Shown here piece by piece: positions 1-9,328 of a DNA stretch of 64,000 bases (positions within the stretch are counted from its first letter, which is position 1; every line of letters starts with the position of its first letter). The position numbers were made by a program, and so were the translations under genes. The notes beneath the pieces were generated by a model. That model saw only the letters and a program-made list of their open reading frames with translations, made no database searches and was not told the DNA's origin. The stretch spans positions 1,056,001-1,120,000 of the forward strand of contig CBDFJF010000002.1 in the NCBI GenBank assembly GCA_965248265.1. The letters run 5' to 3'. The DNA comes from Candidatus Latescibacterota bacterium (GTDB taxonomy: Bacteria > Latescibacterota > UBA2968 > UBA8231).

Positions 1-1704
1 GGACTGTCTCGCTACTGATCTGGGGGTGCGCGCCGTGGTGATCACGCGCAGCCCGGAGGCGGCCTCTTCCCGTGCGATTCGAGCTTCTTCAGCGCGCTTC
101 GTGAACCTGTCGAAGATTCTGACCATCGTGTCCTTGGCCCGCACGAGACGGTCGCGCCTGGCGAGGAGACTGTTGAGCTGATCGAGAGTCTTTGCGGCGT
201 TCTCCGTGACTCTGCTCAGCTGCGCCTGTCGATCTTTGAGCTCGCTGCGAAGTTCACGGACTTTCGGGCTGAGCTGTCCCTCTCTCCTTTTAGCGCGTAG
301 ATATCGCTGCTTTCCACTGTCGTGAATTCTATCAAGAGTCAAAACCTGGTCATCGAGTTCGCCCTGACGGTGCTCAGCGGCTTCGACTATCGCTTGCCTT
401 TCATTCCTCAGACTGAGGAACTCGAGCTGGATATCGGCAAGTCGATTCTGAAGCCCCGAAAGCTCTTCCGCACCGCGTCGCAGTTGGGAACGGGCGATTT
501 CCAGCCTTGCCCCAGACTCCGCGCGGCGCTTGTCCAGCGCCAGGAACACCGGATTCGGAATTTCGGAGTACAACTTCAGGCGCTCCAGCTTGCGAATCGC
601 TTTTTCGGATGGAGGATCGGCTGACAGCTCTTCGAGTAAATCGTCATCAGCAACTGCTTTGGCGACGGCCACAGCCGACGAGTGTTTTGCGAGTTCGTGC
701 TCCAACCCTTCGATTTCGGCGAGCGCTGAAATCCGCTTCGCCTCCGCACTGCGTGATTCCTCGGTATAGGCCAGAATCGCGTGCTCGAGCTGTTGAACTT
801 CCTGCTTCATTTTCGAGTAGCCACGCCCCCTGTCAAAATCCAACAGGGTGCTTTCAAACTCTACGAGAGCGTCGCGTCGAAGGCGGCTCAGGGTCTCGAT
901 CTGGGCAAGGTTGTCGACCAGTTGCCGAACCTGCCCAGACAGACTGTCCCGGCTCATCTGGTCGACCTCTTCGGGGTCGAGCAAGAACACGGGAACACCA
1001 TCGATTTCCAGATCCGTGACGATTGTTCGCATTCGCCCGAGCTCGCTCTCCATCTGTCTCAACTGGATCTCGGTGTGAATAGCACCGGACTGCAGCCTGG
1101 TGATTTCCTCTTCATACACGGTTCGACGTTGCTCCAGAAAGACGATCCGCTGCTGCTCTTTTTCGAAACTCTCCAATGCCTCGTCAGCCGCGGCGAGCTT
1201 GGCACCAAAGGCATCATGCTGTCTGTCGACAAACTCGAGATAGCGTCCGCTTTCGGTTGCCGTCAAACCCGCTGTGCGTGCAAGGAAAGTATCTGTCCAG
1301 GCGTGAACGAACGGCACGGTGAGCTGCCGAGCTTCGGAGGTTGCCGTCAACCTGATCCCGGCTTTGTCGACGACGACAGCGGTCAGCGAGACGCCGGCCG
1401 CTTTGATGGCGAGCGAATCTGCCAGATAGTTTCGGTACCCGTTCATGGCGAGCTTTATTTCGTCTGCCGTCGCCACAGAGCGATAGAAGCTTACGTCGAG
1501 TCGCGGCGTCTGCACTTCCGTGTCCGCCTGAGTTGCATCGGAAACGAACAGCAGGGCACTGGCTTCATAGAGTCGCGGCGCGGATCTGGCATTCAGCATG
1601 CCCCAGACCATGCAGGCGAGAGTGCCCAGCAGAATCAGCCACTTTCTCTTGAGCACAACCTCGATATAGTCGATGAGCTCAATCTCGCGTTCGTACTCAG
1701 CCAT
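1..1704 (-). CDS. Wzz/GumC (polysaccharide co-polymerase, chain-length determinant)-like protein with long coiled coil; 3' end lies outside the window
   Basis: Manual minus-strand translation from ATG at 1704 (GGAG RBS upstream): MAEYEREIELIDYIEVVLKRKWLILLGTLACMVWG..PRLYEASALL is the typical Wzz N-terminus and TM helix. A heptad-rich stretch follows, then ..EEARIAREEAASGLRVI. The frame stays open to base 1, so it is absent from the ORF track. Confidence 0.8.
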   Translation of the reverse strand, partial: MAEYEREIELIDYIEVVLKRKWLILLGTLACMVWGMLNARSAPRLYEASALLFVSDATQADTEVQTPRLDVSFYRSVATADEIKLAMNGYRNYLADSLAIKAAGVSLTAVVVDKAGIRLTATSEARQLTVPFVHAWTDTFLARTAGLTATESGRYLEFVDRQHDAFGAKLAAADEALESFEKEQQRIVFLEQRRTVYEEEITRLQSGAIHTEIQLRQMESELGRMRTIVTDLEIDGVPVFLLDPEEVDQMSRDSLSGQVRQLVDNLAQIETLSRLRRDALVEFESTLLDFDRGRGYSKMKQEVQQLEHAILAYTEESRSAEAKRISALAEIEGLEHELAKHSSAVAVAKAVADDDLLEELSADPPSEKAIRKLERLKLYSEIPNPVFLALDKRRAESGARLEIARSQLRRGAEELSGLQNRLADIQLEFLSLRNERQAIVEAAEHRQGELDDQVLTLDRIHDSGKQRYLRAKRREGQLSPKVRELRSELKDRQAQLSRVTENAAKTLDQLNSLLARRDRLVRAKDTMVRIFDRFTKRAEEARIAREEAASGLRVITTARTPRSVARQS

Positions 1705-1727
1705 GGCTACTCCCGAGTCGGCAACTC

Positions 1728-1764
1728 AAAAAAATGGCCTTCCGCAGTCCCGCAGGAAGGCCAT
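1728..1764 (-). terminator. Rho-independent terminator after the tRNA pair
   Basis: Minus strand reads ATGGCCTTCC-tgcgggactgc-GGAAGGCCAT followed by a T-run. Confidence 0.75.
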
Positions 1765-1783
1765 GAGAGAAGGGAACAAAAGC

Positions 1784-1861
1784 TGGGGCCGAGTGACGGG
1801 ATTCTAACCCGCGACTTCCAGGACCACAACCTAGCGCTCTAACCAACTGAGCTACACTCGC
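1784..1861 (-). tRNA. tRNA-His (GUG), with atypical positions
   Basis: Reverse complement GCGAGTGTAGCTCAGTTGGTTAGAGCG-CTAGG-TTGTGGT-CCTGG-AAGTCGCGGGTTAGAATCCCGTCACTCGGCCCCA with encoded CCA. The T-loop is TTAGAAT, there is an extra G in the acceptor 3' strand, and no genomic G-1. Confidence 0.8.
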
Positions 1862-1950
1862 AATCAGCTGCAGAGTCGCAATCGATTCGCGGCTTCTTCC
1901 AGGGTACCATCAGTATGCGCGCGGACGTGAGGGTGAGCTATTTCGGAAAC

Positions 1951-2029
1951 TGGCGTGCCCAGCAGGACTCGAACCTGCGACATTTTGCTTAGAAAGGCAG
2001 ATGCTCTATCCACCTGAGCTATGGGACAC
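1951..2029 (-). tRNA. tRNA-Arg (UCU), with atypical positions
   Basis: Reverse complement GTGTCCCATAGCTCAGGTGGATAGAGCA-TCTGC-CTTTCTAA-GCAAA-ATGTCGCAGGTTCGAGTCCTGCTGGGCACGCCA. It has an 8-nt anticodon loop and an extra T in the acceptor 5' strand. Confidence 0.75.
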
Positions 2030-2119
2030 CTTCGCTAATCCACAGCGGGACCTTGACTTACGGCCCAAGCGAACGATTACACAAGAAACGGTACGGCGAG
2101 GGGGAACGCAAGAGCCACC

Positions 2120-2733
2120 TGGGACAAAGAGCTGGTCGGCGCGGTGCTAACCGTCTTCCGGCGCGTTGTCTACGGCTGGTATCGACGCCAGGCACGAGCA
2201 CGGATATGCGGAGGTCGCTGCGGCTCTGTGACCTTCGTGCAGCGATTCGGTTCTGCCTTAAATCTCCATCCCCATGCTCACGCGCTCATGATCGACTGGG
2301 TCTACGTCGACGGCGAGGCCGGTCCTGAGTTCGTGCCGGCGCCTCCCTTGAGCGACGACGACGTGCAACAAATCGTCGAGACCACGGCGCGACCGGTGGT
2401 GCGCCTGCTGCAACGGCGCGGCCTGCTGGAAGAGGGCAATACCGATCCGCTCATGGCGCAGGAACCCCTGCTGGCGACGATCACCGCGGCCTCGATCCAA
2501 GGTCAAGTGGCCACCGGCGAGCGCGCGGGCCAACCCGTGCGCCGGCGCCTGCTCGATCCCCTGCAGGGGATTCGCACCTGCCCGCTGTGCTTCGCCGCGC
2601 GCGGATTCTCCCTGCATGCGGCCACCCCGTGCCGGCCGCCGACGGCCCAGCCTGGAAAGACTGTGCCGGTACGTCAATCGACCGCCGTTGGCGGCGGGAC
2701 GCCTGCAGATCCTGGACGCCGAGAGAGTGGCCA
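2120..2733 (+). mobile_element. IS91/ISCR-family (Y2/HUH rolling-circle) transposase fragment, frameshifted
   Basis: VTFVQRFGSALNLHPHAHAL (HUH motif) and GFSLHAA, then in a shifted frame LERLCRYVNRPPLAAGRLQ (catalytic Tyr region). It lacks the N-terminal zinc-binding domain and the C-terminus. Confidence 0.85.
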
Positions 2734-2745
2734 GTTTCTCGATTA

Positions 2746-3141
2746 ATTCTTGACAAAATAAAGATTGTCGCCGTGCTTCAAAACCTGAGTAATTCATTGA
2801 CGGCGCTGCTTATCCGAAAATATTTTGGATGAATTCATCCTTGAAAACAAGACGCGACTTTCTTCACAAACAGAGATGGATGTCATCTCAAAGAGTTATT
2901 ATGACGCCTACACTCATTACGGACAGCAAATTTCGACAGGATCATTCGAAGGTATCTAGTGAATCTGAAAGTCCGAGCCCTTGATCCGCTCGATTACAGT
3001 TGCAACAAGGAACTGAAAACGTGTAGCGTGATCACCGACAAGACGGAGAAGATCTATTACGATCACGGCCATTATACGTTGGAAGGCGCAAAATACCTCG
3101 GCATGACAATTTACAAGACCGACCGGTCTCAAGTTAACTAA
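2746..3141 (+). pseudogene. C-terminal SGNH domain remnant of an OafA/acyltransferase-3-type O-acetyltransferase
   Basis: LDPLDYSC..KTC..IYYDHGHYTLEGAKYLG (DxxH motif of AT3-SGNH fusions). Upstream sequence is frameshifted, AT-rich and has no start. Confidence 0.55.
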
Positions 3142-3148
3142 CTAGCTG

Positions 3149-4159
3149 TTGAGAATGGCTGTCGACAAGAACCAGAAAAAGGCGCTCCCAAAAGTTGTCG
3201 TTTTTGCGAACTCCACAGCTGTACGACACTTCACGATGTCTACTCTGCTTATGCAGGATCATAGTCCCAAACTCAAAAGAACCTTGCTCGTAAACATAGC
3301 AAAGAACATAGTGTGCCTAATTCCCGGTACGAAAAAGGTGCGCAGACGTATCTTCGGTTCTCCATTTAGCCGCTCATCATCGAATAACGAAAGTTCATGG
3401 TACGAGAGAAGGGGAGCACAGGTAGGAGAAATCTTAAGTGCATATTTGCAGGTGTGGGGCGATTTTGATTGGTTCCAGGGGAAAGTCGCAGTTGAACTCG
3501 GAAGTGGCGACGACATTTCGCTTCCGTTCTCATTTGCTCTTCTGGGGGCTTCGAGAGCTTATGCAACTGATATACCTCCAATTGACGATATTTCTCTACC
3601 GAACGCCATGAGAGACAAAGTAATATCTGTTACGGAGCAAGCCATTCCGCGGCAAGTCTTGATTCAACCAGATCGTGCTGAAAAATTGGTTGAAAAGAGG
3701 TCTGGGTTGTGCGCTGAAGCTTTGGAGAGTGCTTTCTCTCCTGAAAGCGTTGATTTTATTGTAAGCACAAGCACGTTAGAACATGTCGATGATCCTGAAC
3801 TAGCTGCTTCCCAGATGTTTCGTACGTTGCGACGCGGCGGACGGATGGTTCATGCAATCGCTTTAGGGAATCATTTTTGTGGTTCCGGAAAGCAAGACCG
3901 ACTCGGTCATCTCTATTATTCGGATAGGTTTTGGAATTTGATGTTCAGCCAACGTGTCGGTCATAATCGCTTACGATGGTTTGAATGGGAGAGCGTCTTG
4001 ACAGACGCCGGGTTCGATATCGCTGGCTGCGACATAGCGATTGCTTCCTCAGCTGAGATAGCACTGTGCCGACCGTATTTAGCGGCCCGTTTCGCGACAA
4101 TGAGTGACGAGCAACTTGGACCGAGCTATGCTGTTGTTAGCTGTGTAAAAGGTACATGA
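3149..4159 (+). CDS. Class I SAM-dependent methyltransferase (true start probably downstream of 3149)
   Basis: VAVELGSG motif I, ESVDFIVSTSTLEHVDDP and LRRGG. AT-richer than the flanks. Confidence 0.8.
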   Translation: MRMAVDKNQKKALPKVVVFANSTAVRHFTMSTLLMQDHSPKLKRTLLVNIAKNIVCLIPGTKKVRRRIFGSPFSRSSSNNESSWYERRGAQVGEILSAYLQVWGDFDWFQGKVAVELGSGDDISLPFSFALLGASRAYATDIPPIDDISLPNAMRDKVISVTEQAIPRQVLIQPDRAEKLVEKRSGLCAEALESAFSPESVDFIVSTSTLEHVDDPELAASQMFRTLRRGGRMVHAIALGNHFCGSGKQDRLGHLYYSDRFWNLMFSQRVGHNRLRWFEWESVLTDAGFDIAGCDIAIASSAEIALCRPYLAARFATMSDEQLGPSYAVVSCVKGT

Positions 4160-4271
4160 GCGTAGGGAAAAGCCGAGCGATGTACGCACCCTATACAGCA
4201 AATTACGCCAAACGACCGCTGGCCGAGTCCCTGCACTTCCTCCGCAGCGAGCAACTTGCCGATGCGGTTTC

Positions 4272-4586
4272 CTTACCGACCCCGCTCAATCCAGCGCTAC
4301 CTGGTGGGCATCGGACTGCCGTCACGGGCTCCGCCCATTGCACCGGCACGGCCCCAGCCCCAGCACGAGTTCGACTTCGCCGTCTGAGACCGACCGGCCA
4401 GACACCGCTGCGCCCCCATCTCTTGCTGCCGGCCGCCGCTGCACCCGCTGGCAATGATCCAAGGACGCTACCCACGCCTCATCCTTCACCGCACCGCGAT
4501 CGACGCACAAGCACGGCCCTCAACGCCCGAAAAACCTCAAACGCCGCTTAACCAACTCACGAGAATGCCGTTTCTAACCACTACAG
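4272..4586 (+). mobile_element. IS91/ISCR-family transposase C-terminus plus 3' non-coding end (oriIS-like)
   Basis: LTDPA/IQRYLVGIGLPSRAPPIAPARPQPQHEFDFAV* (stop 4385-4387) is the typical IS91-family tail. The segment ends GCCGTTTCTAACCACTACA right where the CocE gene is cut. Confidence 0.65.
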
Positions 4587-4978
4587 ATCGGGCGATTGCG
4601 CTCATCCAGCTGGTGTAGCCCATGTAGGAATTGCCATAGGTGCCCACCCGGCCGACACTGCCTGGCAGGTCCGCGGCCCATTCCACCGAGTCATGGCCGT
4701 CCGGGCCTTCGCCGGTCGTCTCCGCGTTGAGGAACATCAGCGTCGCTTCCCCTCCGAGGCATGGCGGCCGCGGGTGTCCTGATTGACGACGATGTAGCCT
4801 CGTGCCGTCAGTGCCTGGGCATCGGCCACCGTTCCTGGGCGCAGCTTGTCGTAGGGCGTGCGTAACAACAGCACGAGGATGTGCCCTTCGCCGTCCGCAA
4901 CACCACGCCATCCCGCATGGGAACGGGCAAGTTCAGCTCCTCGGTCACGGAGAACTGCTGGGGAATCTTCTTGTTCAT
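4587..4978 (-). pseudogene. CocE/NonD (S15-like) hydrolase N-terminal remnant
   Basis: VPMRDGVVLRT, LLLRTPYDK, RGYIVVNQDTRGRHASEG and DGHDSVEWAA..GRVGTYGNSYMG are spread over three frames and truncated after SAIAR. Confidence 0.85.
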
Positions 4979-5176
4979 CGCGCTTTTTCTGGTTTGTCGC
5001 CCGGGCATATGTTGCAGGAATTCGCGTCATTTGTAGCAGTGATTCGCTAGCAGATGGCTGGCAAGCGGTACTATATATATATCGATATACTGTGAGTCAA
5101 CGGACACGTCTACGGCAAGAACCATGACTGACAACCTTGAAGCCGCTTCCGGCAAGTACAGAGGAAGGACACGGCG

Positions 5177-5868
5177 ATGCATTTTCTCGCAGACAGCAGC
5201 ATCGAAGTCGTCGGTGACTTCCTGCCAGGCGAGGCACCTGCACACGTCTTGTTTGATTTCGACGGCACCCTGAGCCTGATTCGCGAAGGCTGGCCCGATA
5301 TCATGGTGCCCATGATGGTCGAGTTTCTTCAGGCCACGGGCACGGACGAGGCGCCAGACATCCTGGAGGCCGTGTGTTCGAGCTTCGTGATGGAATTGAC
5401 CGGCAAGCAGACGATCTACCAAATGATCCGGCTCGCGGATGAGGTCACGCTGCGCGGCGGGATACCGCTTGATCCTCTCGAGTACAAGAGCGAATATCAC
5501 GATTGGTTGATGCGTCACATCGAAACGCGCCGGGAGGGACTTCGCACCGGCGAAGCTCTCGGGCCAAATGTTTGTCCGCGGAAGCGTCGAATTGCTCAAT
5601 CTGTTGAAGCTTTACGATGTGCGGCTCTATCTCGCCAGCGGTACCGACGAGCGATATGTCCGCGAAGAGGTTGAGCTACTGCAGCTATATACGTATTTCG
5701 GCGGACATGTCTATAGTGCGCAGGAAGACTACAAGTCGTTCTCCAAGGCGCGGTTCATTGAACGCATCCTCAGCGAAACGCCAGCGGCTGATCGGAGCCG
5801 GAGCCCATGTTGTTGTGGCTGACTATGGCAAGGCCGCGCGGCTGATCGAGTGGCTATGGCAGATTTGA
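5177..5868 (+). pseudogene. HAD-family phosphatase, frameshifted with an apparent internal deletion
   Basis: FDFDGTLSL motif I, LYLASGTD motif II and C-terminal RLIGAGAHVVVADY are in three frames. The GD-containing motif IV is not seen. Confidence 0.75.
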
Positions 5869-5882
5869 GACGGGAGTGTGGG

Positions 5883-6995
5883 ATGTCCCATCCTCAGTTA
5901 GACCGTTCCGCCGTCCGCATGGAACCGTTGCGGGCACGCGAGAACAAGAAGACGATTGAGGCCGATCACGTGTCGCCGGACACGGCACCGGCTCCGCTGA
6001 CAGACTCAGGTCAACGGATCGTCGAGGAAACCGCGCAGCGGATCCGGAACGCTCGCTCCAATTCCCGGCCAGTCGTCGTTGCCTTCGGAGCCCATGCCAT
6101 CAAGAACGGTTTGGGGCCGGTTTTTCTGCGTCTGATCGAGCAAGGCTCGTTCACACACTTGGCCACAAACGGGGCGGGCGTCATTCATGACTGGGAATTC
6201 GCCTATCAAGGGCAGAGCTGCGAGCACGTCGGACCGATGGTTTCGGAGGGACGATTCGGCAATTGGCAGGAAACCGGGTTCAATATCAATCTGGCGCTAA
6301 ACGTCGGCGCCTATGAAGGCAGGGGATATGGGGAATCCATTGGCGCCCTGATCGAGACCGAAGGGCTCGATATTCCCAGCGCCGCGGAGCTCGAGCAGAC
6401 TGTCCGCGATTCGATTGCCTCGGATCCGCAGCGCTCTGCAGCGGCGGCGGATCTGCTGTTCATCGTACGATCGTTCAACCTGGAATCCGGCCGGCGAGAG
6501 ATTCCTCATCACTGGAAACAGTACAGTATTCAGGCAGGCGCGTATCGTCTGGGCGTCCCGTTCACGAGTCATCCGATGGTCGGACACGACATCATTTACA
6601 ATCATCCGATGAACCACTGTGCCTCGCTCGGGCGGGCGGCCCAACGCGATTTCCTGGCCTATGCGGACGGCATCAGCCGCATCGACGGTGGCGTTTACCT
6701 TTCCATCGGCTCGGCGGTGATGAGCCCGATGATCTTTGAAAAGTCGCTGTCCATGGCGCAGAATCTGGCCCTTCAACGCGGCGAACACATCGACAACCAC
6801 TACATTCTGGTCAGCGACCTGGCGGAGTCGGCGTGGGATTGGAGCCAGGGTGAGCCGCCCGAGAGCGATCCGGCCTACTACCTGCGCTACAACAAGTCAT
6901 TCAGCCGCATGGGTGGCACCATGCGGTACGTGCAGGCCGACAACCGGGACCTGCTGCTCAATCTCGCTCATCTCCTGCGAGAAGACACGCCTTGA
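5883..6995 (+). CDS. Uncharacterised deoxyhypusine-synthase-like (DHS-like NAD/FAD-binding fold, GSU2086-type) protein
   Basis: AFGAHAIKNGL, LATNGAGVIHDWE, HPMVGHDIIY and GGVYLSIGSAVMSP motifs. The stop overlaps the next gene. Confidence 0.6.
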   Translation: MSHPQLDRSAVRMEPLRARENKKTIEADHVSPDTAPAPLTDSGQRIVEETAQRIRNARSNSRPVVVAFGAHAIKNGLGPVFLRLIEQGSFTHLATNGAGVIHDWEFAYQGQSCEHVGPMVSEGRFGNWQETGFNINLALNVGAYEGRGYGESIGALIETEGLDIPSAAELEQTVRDSIASDPQRSAAAADLLFIVRSFNLESGRREIPHHWKQYSIQAGAYRLGVPFTSHPMVGHDIIYNHPMNHCASLGRAAQRDFLAYADGISRIDGGVYLSIGSAVMSPMIFEKSLSMAQNLALQRGEHIDNHYILVSDLAESAWDWSQGEPPESDPAYYLRYNKSFSRMGGTMRYVQADNRDLLLNLAHLLREDTP

Positions 6996-8044
6996 GTGCC
7001 ACGTTACTCGCTTCGGAACGTCTTCAGCAGATCACCTCCCGTTTTGCGTCGTGCCGCATCGCTGTCCTGGGCGATTTCTTTCTGGACCGCTACCTGGATA
7101 TCGATCCGGCACTCGAAGAGCCGAGTGTTGAGACGGGCAAGCCGGCGCATCAGGTTGCCGCCGTGCGCTGCTATCCAGGCGCTGCCGGTACCGTCGTCTC
7201 CAATCTTTCCGCCCTGCAGACCGGCGAGCTCCACGCCATTGGGTTTACCGGAGATGACGGCGAGGGCTTCGAGTTGCGTTACGGCTTGGCGAAACTCGGA
7301 TGTAAGACCGAGCATTTGCATTCGACGACACAGCGGTTCACACCAACCTACTTGAAGCCACGGGACATGACGACACCGGGACTCGAAGGAGAGCACTCCC
7401 GAATCGATACCAAGAATCGGCTGCCGACTCCACCGGACATTCAGCGGGCCATCGGTGATTCGCTGGCTGCAGTCATCGATGGAGTCGACGGAGTGGTCGT
7501 GTTGGATCAGGTCGAAGCTCGGGATTGCGGCGTTGTCACAGACGCTGTCCGTGACCGGATTGCTGAACTGGCCGTTAAGCATCCAAAGGTGTTCTTCCTG
7601 GCCGATAGCCGGCGACGGATTCGTGAGTTTCGGAATGTCATGATCAAGCCCAACGAGTTCGAGGCCGTCGGAAATGAGGATCCTCAGCCGGGTGACACCG
7701 TTGGCTTTGACGAACTGCGATCAACGGCCAGCCAACTGCAGGCAAGTACCGCCGCACCGGTGTTCATCACGCGCGGCGAAGACGGAATATTCGTCAGCGA
7801 GCCCCACTGGACGGCTGTTCCGGGAGTCCGCTTGACGGGTGAGATCGATTCGACCGGCGCCGGCGACAGCGTGACGGCAGGCTGCATCCTGGCGCTATCT
7901 GCGGGAGGCTCTTGTGTCGAGGCGGCTGTGATCGGCAACTTGGTCGCGTCCATCACGGTTGAACAGTTGGCCACGACCGGAACCGCGCAACCCGACGAAT
8001 TGGCGGCACGACTCGAGCTCTTGCACGAACAGAACGATGGATAG
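6992..8044 (+). CDS. PfkB-family kinase, RfaE/HldE domain-I-like (heptose-7-phosphate kinase-like)
   Basis: IAVLGDFFLDRY, PGAAGTVVSNL, IKPNEFEA, ITRGEDG and DSTGAGD PfkB signature. Confidence 0.85.
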   Translation: MSATLLASERLQQITSRFASCRIAVLGDFFLDRYLDIDPALEEPSVETGKPAHQVAAVRCYPGAAGTVVSNLSALQTGELHAIGFTGDDGEGFELRYGLAKLGCKTEHLHSTTQRFTPTYLKPRDMTTPGLEGEHSRIDTKNRLPTPPDIQRAIGDSLAAVIDGVDGVVVLDQVEARDCGVVTDAVRDRIAELAVKHPKVFFLADSRRRIREFRNVMIKPNEFEAVGNEDPQPGDTVGFDELRSTASQLQASTAAPVFITRGEDGIFVSEPHWTAVPGVRLTGEIDSTGAGDSVTAGCILALSAGGSCVEAAVIGNLVASITVEQLATTGTAQPDELAARLELLHEQNDG

Positions 8045-8077
8045 TGGGCGGCGCGAAAGGCCCCCGGAGGAGACGAG

Positions 8078-8686
8078 ATGCTTGGTGCGACGCTAGACAC
8101 GAAATCGTACATCAACCGGCTCCATGAAGAGCTGGATGGTATTGACCGGACGGCGATGGAGGGCTGGGCAGATCTGATCTATCGGGCCTGGGAGTCGGGA
8201 AGGTTCGTTTACATCATCGGCAATGGCGGATCGGGGACGACTGCCAGCCACATGGCGGAAGATCTCGGCAAAAGTACGCTCCGTGAATCCGACTTGGGTG
8301 ACGAGTCCAGGAAACGACTGAAGGTACTGAGCTTGACGGACAATGCAGGGTGGTTGATGGCTGTTGCCAATGATCTGGCCTACGATCAGATCTTCGTGCA
8401 GCAGCTGATGAACTACGGCCAATCAGGCGACGTGCTCCTGGCTCTCAGCGGCTCCGGCAACAGCCCGAACATCTTGAACGCCGTGGACTGGGCCAACCGG
8501 CATGGGTTGGAGACGTTTGGCCTGACCGGTTATGATGGCGGCAAACTGAAGGGGATGCAGCAGGACGGCCTGCACGTTGCTCTGGACGACATGGGTATGG
8601 TTGAAAGTATTCACCTCTGCTTGTTCCACTGGGTGCTCAACGACGTCTTCGCTCGCATCAACGGCGAGGGTCACTACGCGGCTTGA
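8078..8686 (+). CDS. gmhA: SIS-domain phosphoheptose isomerase (GmhA-like)
   Basis: IGNGGSGTTASHMAEDL, ANDLAYDQIFVQQL, SGSGNSPNI, LTGYDGG and ESIH. Confidence 0.8.
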   Translation: MLGATLDTKSYINRLHEELDGIDRTAMEGWADLIYRAWESGRFVYIIGNGGSGTTASHMAEDLGKSTLRESDLGDESRKRLKVLSLTDNAGWLMAVANDLAYDQIFVQQLMNYGQSGDVLLALSGSGNSPNILNAVDWANRHGLETFGLTGYDGGKLKGMQQDGLHVALDDMGMVESIHLCLFHWVLNDVFARINGEGHYAA

Positions 8687-8690
8687 GCGG

Positions 8691-8810
8691 TCAGTACTCT
8701 TCCACGGTCAACTCCCGAACGAGTTCATCGTCCCACTCGGCGCCCCAGCCTGGACCGTCGGGGGGCGCCAGGCAACCCTCTTCCAGCAGCGGCGCATTGA
8801 GCAGGCCCCA
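8691..8810 (-). pseudogene. C-terminal fragment of a mandelate racemase/enolase-superfamily gene
   Basis: Manual translation GLLNAPLLEEGCLAPPDGPGWGAEWDDELVRELTVEEY* carries the PGxG tail. No N-terminus. Confidence 0.5.
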
Positions 8811-8869
8811 CTGAGCGCCGGCTTGGCGATGACCTTCCCTGTCCTTGTTCGGGCTGAAGCATTCATATG

Positions 8870-9082
8870 AGGTTGCCGTCTGACCACACGTTAGAGGAAC
8901 TCAAGCGCCTCGACGCGGGCTCGTGGATGTTGCCCACGGACCATCCGAACTTCGACTGGGGTGATGGCTATGCAGGCGAGCAACTCATCACGTTGGACGA
9001 GTTGTTCAACACGTTTGCCGAGCGGTTCACCTACGACGTTGAGATCAAGGATCGGGCCGAAGGCATCGTAGAGGACGTGATC
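8870..9082 (+). pseudogene. Internal fragment of a glycerophosphodiester phosphodiesterase
   Basis: DHTLEELKRLDAGSW, ITLDELF and YDVEIK. Fused directly to an IS91 fragment. Confidence 0.6.
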
Positions 9083-9297
9083 GGTGTGCTGGCGCCCATC
9101 GCCGCCTACCGGGCAGGAATCGTACTTAAGAAGAGGCCTGCGAAGCGGATTCCTGTGCGCATACGGAACCCACCCCGCTCAACGCCGGCACCGCGTGGCC
9201 CTGGGCCGACCTCCTCCGAAGAGTCTTTCGAATAGACGTCACCCAGTGCCCCATCTGCGGCGGTCATATGAAAGTCATTGCCGCCCTTACCGAGCCC
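9083..9297 (+). mobile_element. IS91/ISCR-family transposase fragment (late-middle part)
   Basis: GVLAPIAAYRAGIV, then in a shifted frame PWADLLRRVFRIDVTQCPICGGHMKVIAALTEP (the WAxLLxRVF..CPxCGG motif of IS91-type Tnp). Confidence 0.8.
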
Positions 9298-9328
9298 CGC
9301 CGGGGTATCCAATCTGGCGGTTTGTCTG

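Noticed and set aside
781-1842. 353-aa plus-strand ORF
   Set aside because: Antisense shadow of the Wzz/GumC-like gene; it also runs into tRNA-His.
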